DNA of 64,000 nucleotides from Candidatus Saccharimonadota bacterium (GCA_031973215.1 DALYDK010000004.1:12019-76018), one strand, 5' to 3'. Counted from the first letter of the stretch, positions 48,827 through 57,523 are shown. Translations and numbers: made by a program. Notes: generated by a model not told the origin, from the sequence alone.

Positions 48827-50052
48827 TTTTTTGCAGTTCTAAATAAGTCTTCTAAGATTTTTTCTACAATTTTTGTAAAGCTATTTTTAGGGTTATTATG
48901 ACGCGTCACCTTGTTATTGCTCGTATTAACCTCTACGCGACATTCAGGGCATGCAATAGAGCTTCTTTTAACAATGGCATCTACTGTTTTTTTACAAAAT
49001 GGACATGTTACGCATTTCATGCCATCGTTAGTTCTTGTAATGGTTTTAAGCAAAGATTCTTCGGATGTAGATAAGTAACCTCCACATGAGATAAATTCAA
49101 GACCTTCCGCACTGGCTCTTTCTGATGCCAATGAAACCTCTGACTCTATCGAAAGTGTTTTGGCGCCCTTGTTTTCGTACCTGTAAATCAATGCACTGGC
49201 AACCATTTTTGTTAATTGAACTTTTTGACTTAGCCTTTCTGAATAATTGGAATTAGACAGGGCAATTGATTGTAAATTACTCATATTATAATCAAGCAGG
49301 TCTTTTTGATTTTTTACAAACACATAGGTTTCCAGGTTGCTATAATCAGTTCTACCTTGACGATGCCGCATATTTGTTTTTGCACTCAGCAAAGTGTCAT
49401 ATTCGCATATTAAAGTATCTAAATCATTAGCACCACAATGAAACCTTAGACCAAGTAAATCCTTAGAGTCGGAAATTGTCTCTCCTGTAATTTTAGACCA
49501 TAAATCTAAGTCGGAATTATCAACAGAAGCGGTGGCGAGTATTACGGAGTCATTGTGTTTAGTGTATTGACGAATAAATGCCAAACGGCGGTGGCTATTA
49601 AAACCTTCCTGGTTCACAAAATCCTTGCCATACTTAAGCTCAAGTTCTTCAGGATAGGCAGATATTACCAAAAAACCATCACCATTCTTGCCAGATCTGG
49701 CTAACTCTTCAACCGCAAGACCTTCTTGATACTCTGCTTCTCTAATTGCAACTAAATCTTTCTGTCGAACATCAAATTTGGCCTTATTTTTAGTAAGCTC
49801 ATAAGAATTTTGCCATAAATCTAGTAAGCTCGATCCACCCTTACTGACCAAGCCTGAATCTGTAGATTTAAATTCGAACTCTGTGCGAATAGGCCCATCA
49901 ATTATTTCCGCAAATCTAGTTGCCTCTTCGTCTGCTACCTGTTCCAGTAAATTGCTTTCGCCACTCTTGGCAAATTCTTCGAGCATATTTATGCTCGACA
50001 TCTCAGGATCGTATCTGAAGTGACTTTTATTGTTTGCTGTTAAGCTATTCAC
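48823..50052 (-). CDS. hypothetical protein with C-terminal CxxC...CxxC zinc ribbon
   Basis: 409-aa ORF with a GTG start in the track. CVTCPFCKK...CPECRV near the C-terminus. No recognisable family. Confidence 0.5.
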   Translation of the reverse strand: MNSLTANNKSHFRYDPEMSSINMLEEFAKSGESNLLEQVADEEATRFAEIIDGPIRTEFEFKSTDSGLVSKGGSSLLDLWQNSYELTKNKAKFDVRQKDLVAIREAEYQEGLAVEELARSGKNGDGFLVISAYPEELELKYGKDFVNQEGFNSHRRLAFIRQYTKHNDSVILATASVDNSDLDLWSKITGETISDSKDLLGLRFHCGANDLDTLICEYDTLLSAKTNMRHRQGRTDYSNLETYVFVKNQKDLLDYNMSNLQSIALSNSNYSERLSQKVQLTKMVASALIYRYENKGAKTLSIESEVSLASERASAEGLEFISCGGYLSTSEESLLKTITRTNDGMKCVTCPFCKKTVDAIVKRSSIACPECRVEVNTSNNKVTRHNNPKNSFTKIVEKILEDLFRTAKN

Positions 50053-50080
50053 TTAACTGATTCAGAGATGTATATACAGT

Positions 50081-50193
50081 CATCCTGCTCGGGACTCTGC
50101 CTTTCTGGTGAAATAGTTGTTTGCGGTGGTCTGGCTTGCTAAGAAATAGCTTACAGTTGCGGCACAGCTCATGAATTACACATGATTCCCTAG
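50081..50193 (-). repeat. G+C-rich structured unit, copy E (no adjacent tRNA)
   Basis: Shares GCTCGGGA and TGCCTTT(CT)GGTG with copy B. Has a GCUA-UUUCU-UAGC hairpin at the position of the A/B apical hairpin. Lies between a TATAAT promoter and the 409-aa ORF. Confidence 0.55.
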
Positions 50194-50236
50194 AACAACA
50201 ATTTATTAATCACACTTAATTTACAATTATTTGCTT

Positions 50237-50265
50237 ATTATACCCTTTTTTATAAAGGCTGAAAA
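50237..50265 (-). promoter_or_regulatory. candidate promoter upstream of copy E and the 409-aa ORF
   Basis: Minus strand: TTTTCA, 17-nt spacer, TATAAT (50242-50237). Confidence 0.35.
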
Positions 50266-50939
50266 CTATTTATGGCATCTGCAAAAATCTGGGGATTAGG
50301 CCTATTGTTCTGATCTACATAAACAAAAAAGAATGTATGTTTTTGACCACTTGAACCTTCCATAGCTTGACCATAGCCGCCGTCTTTACTAATAGCTGCT
50401 GTCTGAACAAATACATTACCAATATCGCATACAAATGGTATGCCCTGCCAACTAGTATTCCAAACCTTGTTCGCATCATTAGCCGGATTATACTTAGGTG
50501 CTCCAGCAAAATCTGAGCAATCGCCCGATAATTGTCCAGGAGTTAGTCTTTTGCCGTCGTTATAAACCATCATTACCTCATCTACTGCGTAATCTTTTGG
50601 AAAAACATCAACAAATATCCTTAAGTACCTTGCGTCATCATTTTTCTTTTTATCTTGCAGTTCATAGTAAACTTGTGTAGCCAAAGGATTTTTTTTACCG
50701 TTATTTTCAAAGGTCGAAGGAACGCTAATTGCAAAATATTCTGTTTTAATGGTTTTTTTTGCGTCTTTTGGAACAAACTGAGTATCGCTACTTTTTACAA
50801 ATGTAGCAGTTGTTGATTTATTATTTTTTAGAAAAATGTACCAAGCCCCAATAACTAAAGATATAGCCAAAATAAGTAACAAAAATGCTGCGGCTTTGTT
50901 AGAGATTTTTGGTTTGTTTTTTTTGTAAATTATGTACAT
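50250..50939 (-). CDS. hypothetical signal-anchored extracytoplasmic protein
   Basis: One N-terminal TM helix; no recognisable family. Confidence 0.5.
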   Translation of the reverse strand: MYIIYKKNKPKISNKAAAFLLLILAISLVIGAWYIFLKNNKSTTATFVKSSDTQFVPKDAKKTIKTEYFAISVPSTFENNGKKNPLATQVYYELQDKKKNDDARYLRIFVDVFPKDYAVDEVMMVYNDGKRLTPGQLSGDCSDFAGAPKYNPANDANKVWNTSWQGIPFVCDIGNVFVQTAAISKDGGYGQAMEGSSGQKHTFFFVYVDQNNRPNPQIFADAINSFQPL

Positions 50940-50954
50940 TTTCTAACCTATGAG

Positions 50955-51698
50955 CTAAGGTGCTGGTGAGTTTGGCACAACTACAACAAAAGTTGCTCCA
51001 CTGGGCATAGTCTCGCCCTGAGGCAAACTACCAACAGTATATCCCAGAAGCTCAGCTGTTTTCTTGGCGGCTTCTGGCTCTTTTCCGGTAACATCGACAA
51101 CTATTCCTGATGTAATAGCTGTTTGTGGGTTCGTTTTGCTAACAACAACAGCATTGTTAATTTTTTGCTTAATAGCCTGTTCTGCAGCTTCGGTTTTATC
51201 AGCCGGAGCAATGACTGCTATGTTTACAGTGCCAGCTAATATTTTTGAATACTGATCAGAAGAAATTATTTTTTTCTCAGATGGCCTGTACAAAACAACA
51301 GTGTCAGCTTTTTCATATGCAATTAAAACATCGTTAAGTTTTGCTTCTTTCAAAAACTTAGTATCTTTTTTTAATTGTTCTAGTGATTTTTCATCTTTAA
51401 AAACAACAAATTTTGTCGGTTTTTCTTCATCATAACTAGGTATTTTATAAAGCGCCGACACTTCAGTAACAGTCTTCTTAGTTCTTTCTTCTTCCGTCAT
51501 TGTTAGTTCTGTGTATTTATCATCTAATTGTTGATATTTAACAAAATAAAAGCCGCCAAAAATTAATGCAATTAATAGTATTGCCGTATAAATATATGGA
51601 GTTTTTTTCTTGCGCCTTTTTGGCCTTGGTGAATGCGTCACGTCTTTTGAAGTTGTTTGCGGAGCTGATTCTTTTGCTTTAGGTTTTTCGTCTTTCAT
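50955..51698 (-). CDS. membrane-anchored protein with LytR_C-like C-terminal domain
   Basis: TM helix; C-terminal VVDVTGKEPEAAKKTAELLGYTVGSLP resembles LytR_C. Confidence 0.5.
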   Translation of the reverse strand: MKDEKPKAKESAPQTTSKDVTHSPRPKRRKKKTPYIYTAILLIALIFGGFYFVKYQQLDDKYTELTMTEEERTKKTVTEVSALYKIPSYDEEKPTKFVVFKDEKSLEQLKKDTKFLKEAKLNDVLIAYEKADTVVLYRPSEKKIISSDQYSKILAGTVNIAVIAPADKTEAAEQAIKQKINNAVVVSKTNPQTAITSGIVVDVTGKEPEAAKKTAELLGYTVGSLPQGETMPSGATFVVVVPNSPAP

Positions 51699-51775
51699 TA
51701 TTACCTCTTAGTTATTTGTTAGAGTCTTTGACATAATTATAATTCTTAGCCCAATTTAGCACAAGCTTTATAAGA

Positions 51776-52786
51776 TTATTGAGCTTTTTTCAATATCACC
51801 TTAAATGATGAACCAACACCTTCAACGCTGTCTACGCAAATAGAGCCCTCGTTTTTAGACAGTATGCTTTTTGCAATAGACAAGCCTAGCCCGTACCCCT
51901 TTTGACCTTCTTTTGATCTGGAAACATCCGCTCTATAAAACCTATCAAATATATGTTTCATATTTTCTTTTGATATACCTTTACCGTTATCCTTTATTTC
52001 AACCACGGCTTCCTGTCCTGAAACCCGGGTATTAACTGTAACCTGTTTACCCTTGGTGCTATATTTAATAGCATTTTCTAAAATAATAATTATTGCTTGT
52101 TCTATGCTGGCGGGGTCTACATTTACCATAATGGCATCTGAAGATTTTTTATATATTATTTTTATATTCTTATTTTTGGCCATAGCATCTATTTTATTTA
52201 GTGCTCCATCAATCAAATCCCTTAAATCGATTAATTCAAAGTTCATTGCTTCGTACTCGTTATATCTGGCAACCTGCAAAAGCATGTCGGTAAGCCCGGT
52301 TAGCTTATGAAGCTCTTCTAGGTTGGACTCTAGCTGATCTTTTGCTTCTTCAAGAGTTAACTGTGGATTCATTAAAGTAACTTCAGTCTCTGTTTGCATT
52401 GCCGCAATTGGCGTTCTTAGTTCATGACTCGCATCTGCAGTGAATCTCTCTAAAGATCTGTGGGTATTCTCAATAGGCCTAAGAGTCCATCTAGCCAGGT
52501 AATAGCTCAAAAGACCACCAACAGCAATAACAAACAAGTTTACTACAGTAAGTCTTAGTAAAATTCTTCCTTTGGCTTCTATGTATTGATTATTGGCTTC
52601 TTGCAAAAATGCACTTTTTGCATAATTTGGCATGTTAAATCTGTCCAACCTACTACTGTGTAATTTAAGGTCGTTTTCTATTTCATCTACTGAAAGTTGA
52701 TAAATATTAACACTAAAAACAAAGCTTATAACAGCAAGTACTAGCAAATAAAAACCAGCTAGCTTAAGGTATGTTTTTTTAAACAT
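51776..52786 (-). CDS. sensor histidine kinase
   Basis: H-box FTADASHELRTP; N, G1 and G2 boxes (ENAIKYS, DNGKGI, GYGLGLSI). Confidence 0.9.
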   Translation of the reverse strand: MFKKTYLKLAGFYLLVLAVISFVFSVNIYQLSVDEIENDLKLHSSRLDRFNMPNYAKSAFLQEANNQYIEAKGRILLRLTVVNLFVIAVGGLLSYYLARWTLRPIENTHRSLERFTADASHELRTPIAAMQTETEVTLMNPQLTLEEAKDQLESNLEELHKLTGLTDMLLQVARYNEYEAMNFELIDLRDLIDGALNKIDAMAKNKNIKIIYKKSSDAIMVNVDPASIEQAIIIILENAIKYSTKGKQVTVNTRVSGQEAVVEIKDNGKGISKENMKHIFDRFYRADVSRSKEGQKGYGLGLSIAKSILSKNEGSICVDSVEGVGSSFKVILKKAQ

Positions 52787-53470
52787 CTATGATTTTTCCC
52801 CAAAGAAATAACCAAAGCCCCTTTTAGTATTTATGTAGCTTGGTTTTTTAGAGAATGGCTTATCGACCTTATTTCTTAAATATCCAACATAAACCTCTAC
52901 GGTATTGGGTAAAATATCGGCATCATAATTCCAAACATGTGAAATTATTGCATCTTTAGTTAAAATTCTTTCAGGGTTATTCATAAAATACTCAAGCAAA
53001 GCAAATTCTTTTGCCGTCAGGTTAATTAATTGTCCATCTCGTTTTACTGCAAAAGTTTCTCTGTTAAGAGAAAGGTCTTTGTATTTTAATAAATTATTAA
53101 GAGTAGCTTTGGGTCGCCTTAGAAGGGCTCTAACACGAGCAACTAATTCAACAAATGCAAATGGCTTTACTAAATAATCGTCAGCACCGCTATTCAACCC
53201 ATGCGCCCTATCTAGAACTTTATCTTTAGCAGTTAGCATAATTATAGGTACATGATTTCCACTAGACCTTAATTCTTCAATTATTCCAATACCATCAACA
53301 GTCCCTGGTAGCATTCTGTCTAGTACTAGCAGGTCGTATGGCTCGGTTGTTGCCATGGCTAGCCCGGTATCGCCATCATAAGCTATGTCAACAGCATAAG
53401 ACTGCTGCTCTAATCCTCTTTTTATAGCGTTTGCAATTTTGTGTTCATCTTCTACAACTAGAATTCGCAT
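52787..53470 (-). CDS. OmpR family response regulator
   Basis: Receiver domain (DLLVLDRMLP, K at LTAKD) plus a winged-helix C-terminus (RGFGY). Confidence 0.95.
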   Translation of the reverse strand: MRILVVEDEHKIANAIKRGLEQQSYAVDIAYDGDTGLAMATTEPYDLLVLDRMLPGTVDGIGIIEELRSSGNHVPIIMLTAKDKVLDRAHGLNSGADDYLVKPFAFVELVARVRALLRRPKATLNNLLKYKDLSLNRETFAVKRDGQLINLTAKEFALLEYFMNNPERILTKDAIISHVWNYDADILPNTVEVYVGYLRNKVDKPFSKKPSYINTKRGFGYFFGEKS

Positions 53471-53548
53471 ATACTATATTTTAATCTTTATTATCTGAAA
53501 AGTAACTGAGAATTTTATAAAAATAATATTAGTCGAGTTGTATGCGTG

Positions 53549-53797
53549 CTACTTTGTAGCCGAAGCACAACAGTAAGGACATCCACACTTAGAGGCTTCT
53601 GCTGAACTTACTATAGATAATTGAGAATTATTTACGTCTGAATTATAGCTAGCGGTAACTACCTTATGGTAAATATGGCCTATAATTCTCCATCTGAAAT
53701 CATTGTTAACAAACAACGTAATCAAAAAAATAGCTATTGTTAACATGCAGAAAATCAATAATGTATTTATGGAAGTATGGATATTTACTTTATTCAT
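53549..53797 (-). CDS. small membrane protein with Cys-rich C-terminus (KCGCPYCC)
   Basis: One TM helix; lies upstream of the two-component genes on the same strand. Confidence 0.4.
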   Translation of the reverse strand: MNKVNIHTSINTLLIFCMLTIAIFLITLFVNNDFRWRIIGHIYHKVVTASYNSDVNNSQLSIVSSAEASKCGCPYCCASATK

Positions 53798-53863
53798 GAT
53801 TGTTTAATTTTAGTTGTTTATGTTTTTTATTATATTACATAAACTACTTATATAATAAACAAT

Positions 53864-54130
53864 ATGCTGGTCAACAAAGACAATATACAACAGGGTACAG
53901 TTCACAATCTTCCGGATGATATCTTGGAATCGCTTAAAGAAGATTTATCGCTGGCGGAAAGATGGAATGACCTTACCCCGCTAGCTAGAAATGAATGGAT
54001 TTGCTGGACCATTTCCGTAAAAAAACCAGAAACAAGAAAAAAACATATAGAAAGAATAAAAACAGATCTTTTAGCAGGTAAACGGCGGCCTTGTTGTTGG
54101 GCGGGTTGCATTCACAGAAATAAAAATTAA
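53864..54130 (+). CDS. YdeI/OmpD-associated family protein
   Basis: W..LTPLARNEWICWI..KKPETR..I pattern. Confidence 0.7.
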   Translation: MLVNKDNIQQGTVHNLPDDILESLKEDLSLAERWNDLTPLARNEWICWTISVKKPETRKKHIERIKTDLLAGKRRPCCWAGCIHRNKN

Positions 54131-54519
54131 TTAGAACCTTTTATCAATACATAAAAACAAAAAGCACTAACAAAAGTTACTACTGACATTATGCGCTCAA
54201 AAATTGTTTCTGCCGTAATGTTCCCAACTGTATTCATAAGCATCATAGCCATGAATATAATTAAAACTACATATAATAACCGAGAGCTAACTACTGCTCT
54301 TACATACTCAACCCTCATTGCAACAAACCAAATCATTAATATATTTACTGCCAGTGAAACAAACTCAAGTAGCAATATTTGATTATGATTAATCACCCTG
54401 CCACCCCATACCATATCACTAGGAATAAGACTAATTATCACCATTACTGCAATCATTATTCCAAAAATAGAAAAAAGTATTAAAGTATTTGCTGCTATTT
54501 TATTTTTGTTTTTTATCAT
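54127..54519 (-). CDS. hypothetical 4-TM membrane protein
   Basis: Hydrophobic ORF; no recognisable family. Confidence 0.45.
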   Translation of the reverse strand: MIKNKNKIAANTLILFSIFGIMIAVMVIISLIPSDMVWGGRVINHNQILLLEFVSLAVNILMIWFVAMRVEYVRAVVSSRLLYVVLIIFMAMMLMNTVGNITAETIFERIMSVVTFVSAFCFYVLIKGSN

Positions 54520-54670
54520 ATCTATATTTATTATTATAAAGCTTTTTTTAATTCATAAGCATTGTATTATATCAACAACATTAATTCTTCAGTATGCATA
54601 CAATTGAGTTCTTGCTTCTGTATTAATTCAGCTTATAGTTATAAGTGTTACTAACCACAAGGAGAAACTT

Positions 54671-54931
54671 ATGACTAAACAATGTCAAAGCTGTGGAATG
54701 CCCCTCCAGACCAAAAAAGGCGGTGACTGTAGGGGAACGGAAGCCGATGGCTCAAAAAGCGAAAAATGGTGTAGTCTTTGCTATAAAAATGGTTCATTTT
54801 GCAGAGCTGACTGCACTTTAGAAGAAATGAAAGCCATTGTAGATAACGCCCTAAAAGAAAAAGGTAGTGGTCATTTAATGCGCTGGGTGGCACAAAAACA
54901 GCTGCCTAGGTTAGAACGTTGGAAAAAATAA
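54671..54931 (+). CDS. putative zinc-ribbon domain protein (Zn_ribbon_2-like)
   Basis: CQSCGMPL...GTEADGS...WCSLCY.NG.F pattern. AAGGAG RBS at 54660-54665, 5 nt before the ATG. Confidence 0.65.
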   Translation: MTKQCQSCGMPLQTKKGGDCRGTEADGSKSEKWCSLCYKNGSFCRADCTLEEMKAIVDNALKEKGSGHLMRWVAQKQLPRLERWKK

Positions 54932-55041
54932 AATATTAACTTTATTTTCACGCAAAAAACCACCCAAAACAAACCCAGAGCCAAAATCACACTGAGCTCT
55001 TAGGTAATTTCAAACTTTTTCTGAGGGTATTTTTGGATCAA

Positions 55042-55073
55042 TAAAAAAACAGAGAAGAGTGAGTCTTCTCTGT
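55042..55073 (-). terminator. rho-independent terminator
   Basis: ACAGAGAAGA-CTCAC-TCTTCTCTGT on the minus strand, followed by TTTTTTT. Confidence 0.8.
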
Positions 55074-55091
55074 TAAAAAATGTTGGTATAT

Positions 55092-55253
55092 TTAAATCTT
55101 GGAGAGTATCCAAATAGCGCCCGCAAGCGCAAGAAAGAATAGCCCCAAACCAACTGGGGAACCCCAGCTGAACCACGATCCCCATGATCGCCAATGCCTA
55201 TGGGTTTGTTCATACCAATCCATAGCTTCTTTTTCTTCTGTCTTTTTAGACAT
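55092..55253 (-). CDS. unannotated 53-aa Trp-rich small membrane protein (MSKKTEEKEAMDWYEQTHRHWRSWGSWFSWGSPVGLGLFFLALAGAIWILSKI)
   Basis: ATG preceded by AAGGAG at 8-nt spacing, with a strong terminator 18 nt after the stop. Below the ORF-track cut-off; the track shows a different, less convincing frame (55000-55194). Confidence 0.55.
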   Translation of the reverse strand: MSKKTEEKEAMDWYEQTHRHWRSWGSWFSWGSPVGLGLFFLALAGAIWILSKI

Positions 55254-55469
55254 AAATACGACTCCTTATTATTTTAATAGTGAGTCTCATAAATCGTTAA
55301 CCAGTAAAATATTTATTCCCCGAGACTTAGGATATTTTATTAACTGGACTTATTAACACTTTGATTATAACAGAATTAATTGGAATAATTTTGGACTATA
55401 TGGTGTCTTATTTATTTCATTGCCAAATTATAAATATTTCTTGTATGCAAAATTAATAGGGTTCAGAAT

Positions 55470-55670
55470 CTATTTTAGGTATTTACCTGCAACGCTTAAC
55501 GCAAACGAAGTAAGGATGATAAATATATTAACAAAGAAAAGTTTAGTAAGAATAGAGTGGTCTTCTGGCTGAATAAATACAACCAGTGAGCCAAGTAGCC
55601 CAAAGACTAACGACGATGAGATAAATACTCTGGTAGCTATTTTTGCACAGCTCAAGTATACCAAAATCAC
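55470..55670 (-). CDS. small 2-TM membrane protein
   Basis: 4-nt overlap with the upstream DUF1697 gene. Confidence 0.4.
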   Translation of the reverse strand: MILVYLSCAKIATRVFISSSLVFGLLGSLVVFIQPEDHSILTKLFFVNIFIILTSFALSVAGKYLK

Positions 55671-56218
55671 CTATGTCGGGTTGCTTCTTGGCACATTAAT
55701 GCCAACTTGTTAGCTGTGTTTGCATTTCTAATTGTTACTGATTTGTAAGATTTTGTACCAGCAATTTTACTGTATCTTGTGCGACTAAAAGTTTTTATTG
55801 GCGCCGACCAAAAAATTACAGGTTCATAAAAGCCTACTTTTTCATATTCAGGATTAGCATCTCCTACTTCACGCATAACATCAACTGCTTTGTTTGGCGC
55901 AATGACAAAAAGTGCATCATGTTTAGCGTCTTCTTTATTCCACCACTGTGGAGCATTATCGATTGCCCTAACAAGGTCTATCGCAGAAATAACAGCACAA
56001 ACAACATGAAACCCAAACTGCCCCTCAATAGCTTCTTCGCATTTTGTGACCAATTTAGCCAAATCAGCCTCATTGGACTCAAATAAAACATTACCCGAGT
56101 TTATGTAAGTTGTTACATTACTAAATCCTGCTTCCTCAAAGCATGTTTTCAGATCTGTCATTGAGACTCTGTTTTTGCCTCCGACATTTATACCTCTTAA
56201 CAACGCAACGAAATTCAT
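55667..56218 (-). CDS. DUF1697 domain protein
   Basis: ALLRGINVGGKNRVSM.DLK N-terminal signature. Confidence 0.8.
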   Translation of the reverse strand: MNFVALLRGINVGGKNRVSMTDLKTCFEEAGFSNVTTYINSGNVLFESNEADLAKLVTKCEEAIEGQFGFHVVCAVISAIDLVRAIDNAPQWWNKEDAKHDALFVIAPNKAVDVMREVGDANPEYEKVGFYEPVIFWSAPIKTFSRTRYSKIAGTKSYKSVTIRNANTANKLALMCQEATRHR

Positions 56219-56431
56219 ATTAACTAGTTTATAACATTGAAAGATTAATTAAATCACTAAGTTATATCTTCAAGTACAGCTTCCAAATTACTTAGGCTGA
56301 AGTATTCTATTTCTTTATCAATCTGGCTAAATTTGTATTTATTTCATGAGCCGTATTTTGAGCTGCTTGGTTTATTGGCGTCTGCACTGAATTATTGTTA
56401 CTGTTTATTTCTACATTGTTTTCAGTATTTT

Positions 56432-57202
56432 TTATTTTTTTTCGGCATTCAGTAGCTGTTCAACAGTAACAAATTTGTAGCCATCGGCTTTTAGATTGTT
56501 AATTATCGGCTCTATGGCATTTCTAGTTGCTACTTTATCATTCATGGCATGAAGAATAATTATAGATCCAGGGCTTACACTATTTGTTACATTACTAATA
56601 ATTGCTTCTGTATTCCCATAACTATCTCCATAAGATTCCGGCTCTATGTTCCACATTATTGTCTTCATGCCAATTTTATTAACATAGTATGGCAGGTAAA
56701 CAAGCTTTTTGCCGTATGGTGGACGGAACATAATCTCACCTTTATAACCAGCTTTTCTTATTGCACTGTTAGTTTTGTTAACTTCTGACTGTATTTTATT
56801 TGGCAATGTAAATACAAGCCTTGGATGTGTGTATGAATGGTTTCCAATTTGATGCCCAGCCTCAATAAGTTTTTTGGTTTGCGATAGATTTTTATCTATT
56901 GAAGATCCCATTAAAAAGAATGTTGCCTTTACTTCGTTTCGACCAAGAATATCAATTATTTCTTCGGTTGCGCCGGCACTAGGACCGTCGTCAAAAGTTA
57001 GCGCAACAATTTTTTCGTTAGTTTGTACCCTATCTGTTAGGCCCCCAAATAACTGAAAAGTTCGGGCGTTAATTAGAATATATAATGAATAAGCCACAAT
57101 TAATATGACAATCACAACTAAAACCTGCAACCATACTTTTTTGGAAACCATATTTATTTGTTGATGTTTGTTTGAGCTCATAGCCTCATTATACAAAAAC
57201 AA
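56432..57202 (-). CDS. polysaccharide deacetylase (NodB homology domain), membrane-anchored
   Basis: LTFDDGP, GNHSYTHP and LHAMN motifs. The start could instead be ATG 57181, which lies 7 nt after a TATAAT (a possible leaderless mRNA). Confidence 0.85.
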   Translation of the reverse strand: MFLYNEAMSSNKHQQINMVSKKVWLQVLVVIVILIVAYSLYILINARTFQLFGGLTDRVQTNEKIVALTFDDGPSAGATEEIIDILGRNEVKATFFLMGSSIDKNLSQTKKLIEAGHQIGNHSYTHPRLVFTLPNKIQSEVNKTNSAIRKAGYKGEIMFRPPYGKKLVYLPYYVNKIGMKTIMWNIEPESYGDSYGNTEAIISNVTNSVSPGSIIILHAMNDKVATRNAIEPIINNLKADGYKFVTVEQLLNAEKK

Positions 57203-57238
57203 TTGAGGATTATTTATCCTTATTAATAACTATTATCA

Positions 57239-57256
57239 TGGCTCGGGAGACAGGAT
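57239..57256 (-). repeat. 18-nt copy of the tRNA-Asn 3' end (positions 59-76)
   Basis: ATCCTGTCTCCCGAGCCA versus tRNA-Asn ATCCAGTCTCCCGAGCCA (62945-62962): 17/18, same orientation, 5.7 kb away. Confidence 0.85.
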
Positions 57257-57384
57257 GCCTTTGGTGCGCTTCAAGCTTACTCGAAACAAGTTTCTGCGTG
57301 AGCTTGCCTGGCGCCCGAACCGCGAGGCTATGGTATTTTCTTTCAGAAAATCCCAATCGCTGTTTAGAATTCAACCCCAGAAAT
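57257..57384 (-). repeat. G+C-rich structured tRNA-trailing unit, copy B (body)
   Basis: 57280-57300 is 18/21 identical to 30839-30859 of copy A. GGCGCCCGAACC (57310-57321) is the reverse complement of 31756-31767 in copy C, so it has the same sense relative to the tRNA. AU-rich hairpin AUUUUCU-GAA-AGAAAAU. Confidence 0.7.
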
Positions 57385-57417
57385 GAAAAAACCGCCGGCA
57401 AATGCCGACGGATTTTT
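57385..57417. terminator. terminator hairpin following the tRNA 3' fragment
   Basis: CCGCCGGCA / TGCCGACGG hairpin (one mismatch) flanked by an A-run and a T-run. On the minus strand it is followed by TTTTTT. Confidence 0.65.
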
Positions 57418-57419
57418 CA

Positions 57420-57444
57420 TGGCTCCCGCAACCAGATTCGAACC
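57420..57444 (-). pseudogene. tRNA 3' fragment (T loop to CCA) of a tRNA-Asn-like gene
   Basis: GGTTCGAATCTGGTTGCGGGAGCCA is 19/25 identical to the tRNA-Asn 3' end, with discriminator G and A72 as in tRNA-Asn. No matching 5' half lies upstream. Confidence 0.65.
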
Positions 57445-57523
57445 AAGTGTCTCTATCACCTAATTTTTGGCTCACTTCATACTAGCTTACATCTGTTATT
57501 TATCGTAATTATTATTCGAATTT

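Noticed and set aside
50081-50200. Guanidine-I (ykkC) or another known riboswitch in the leader of the 409-aa gene. The minus strand begins CUAGGG and contains GUCCCGAG.
   Set aside because: Only these short strings match. The conserved ACGR and GGGA...CCCGGGAGA elements are absent, and the region aligns better with the tRNA-trailing unit family.
56219-56440. Possible A-run frameshift extending the polysaccharide deacetylase by ~40 codons (GAAAAAAAATAAAAAAT, followed by an open frame to 56310).
   Set aside because: The extension is Asn/Thr-rich and low in complexity, and the NodB domain is already complete. There is no evidence beyond an open frame in AT-rich DNA.
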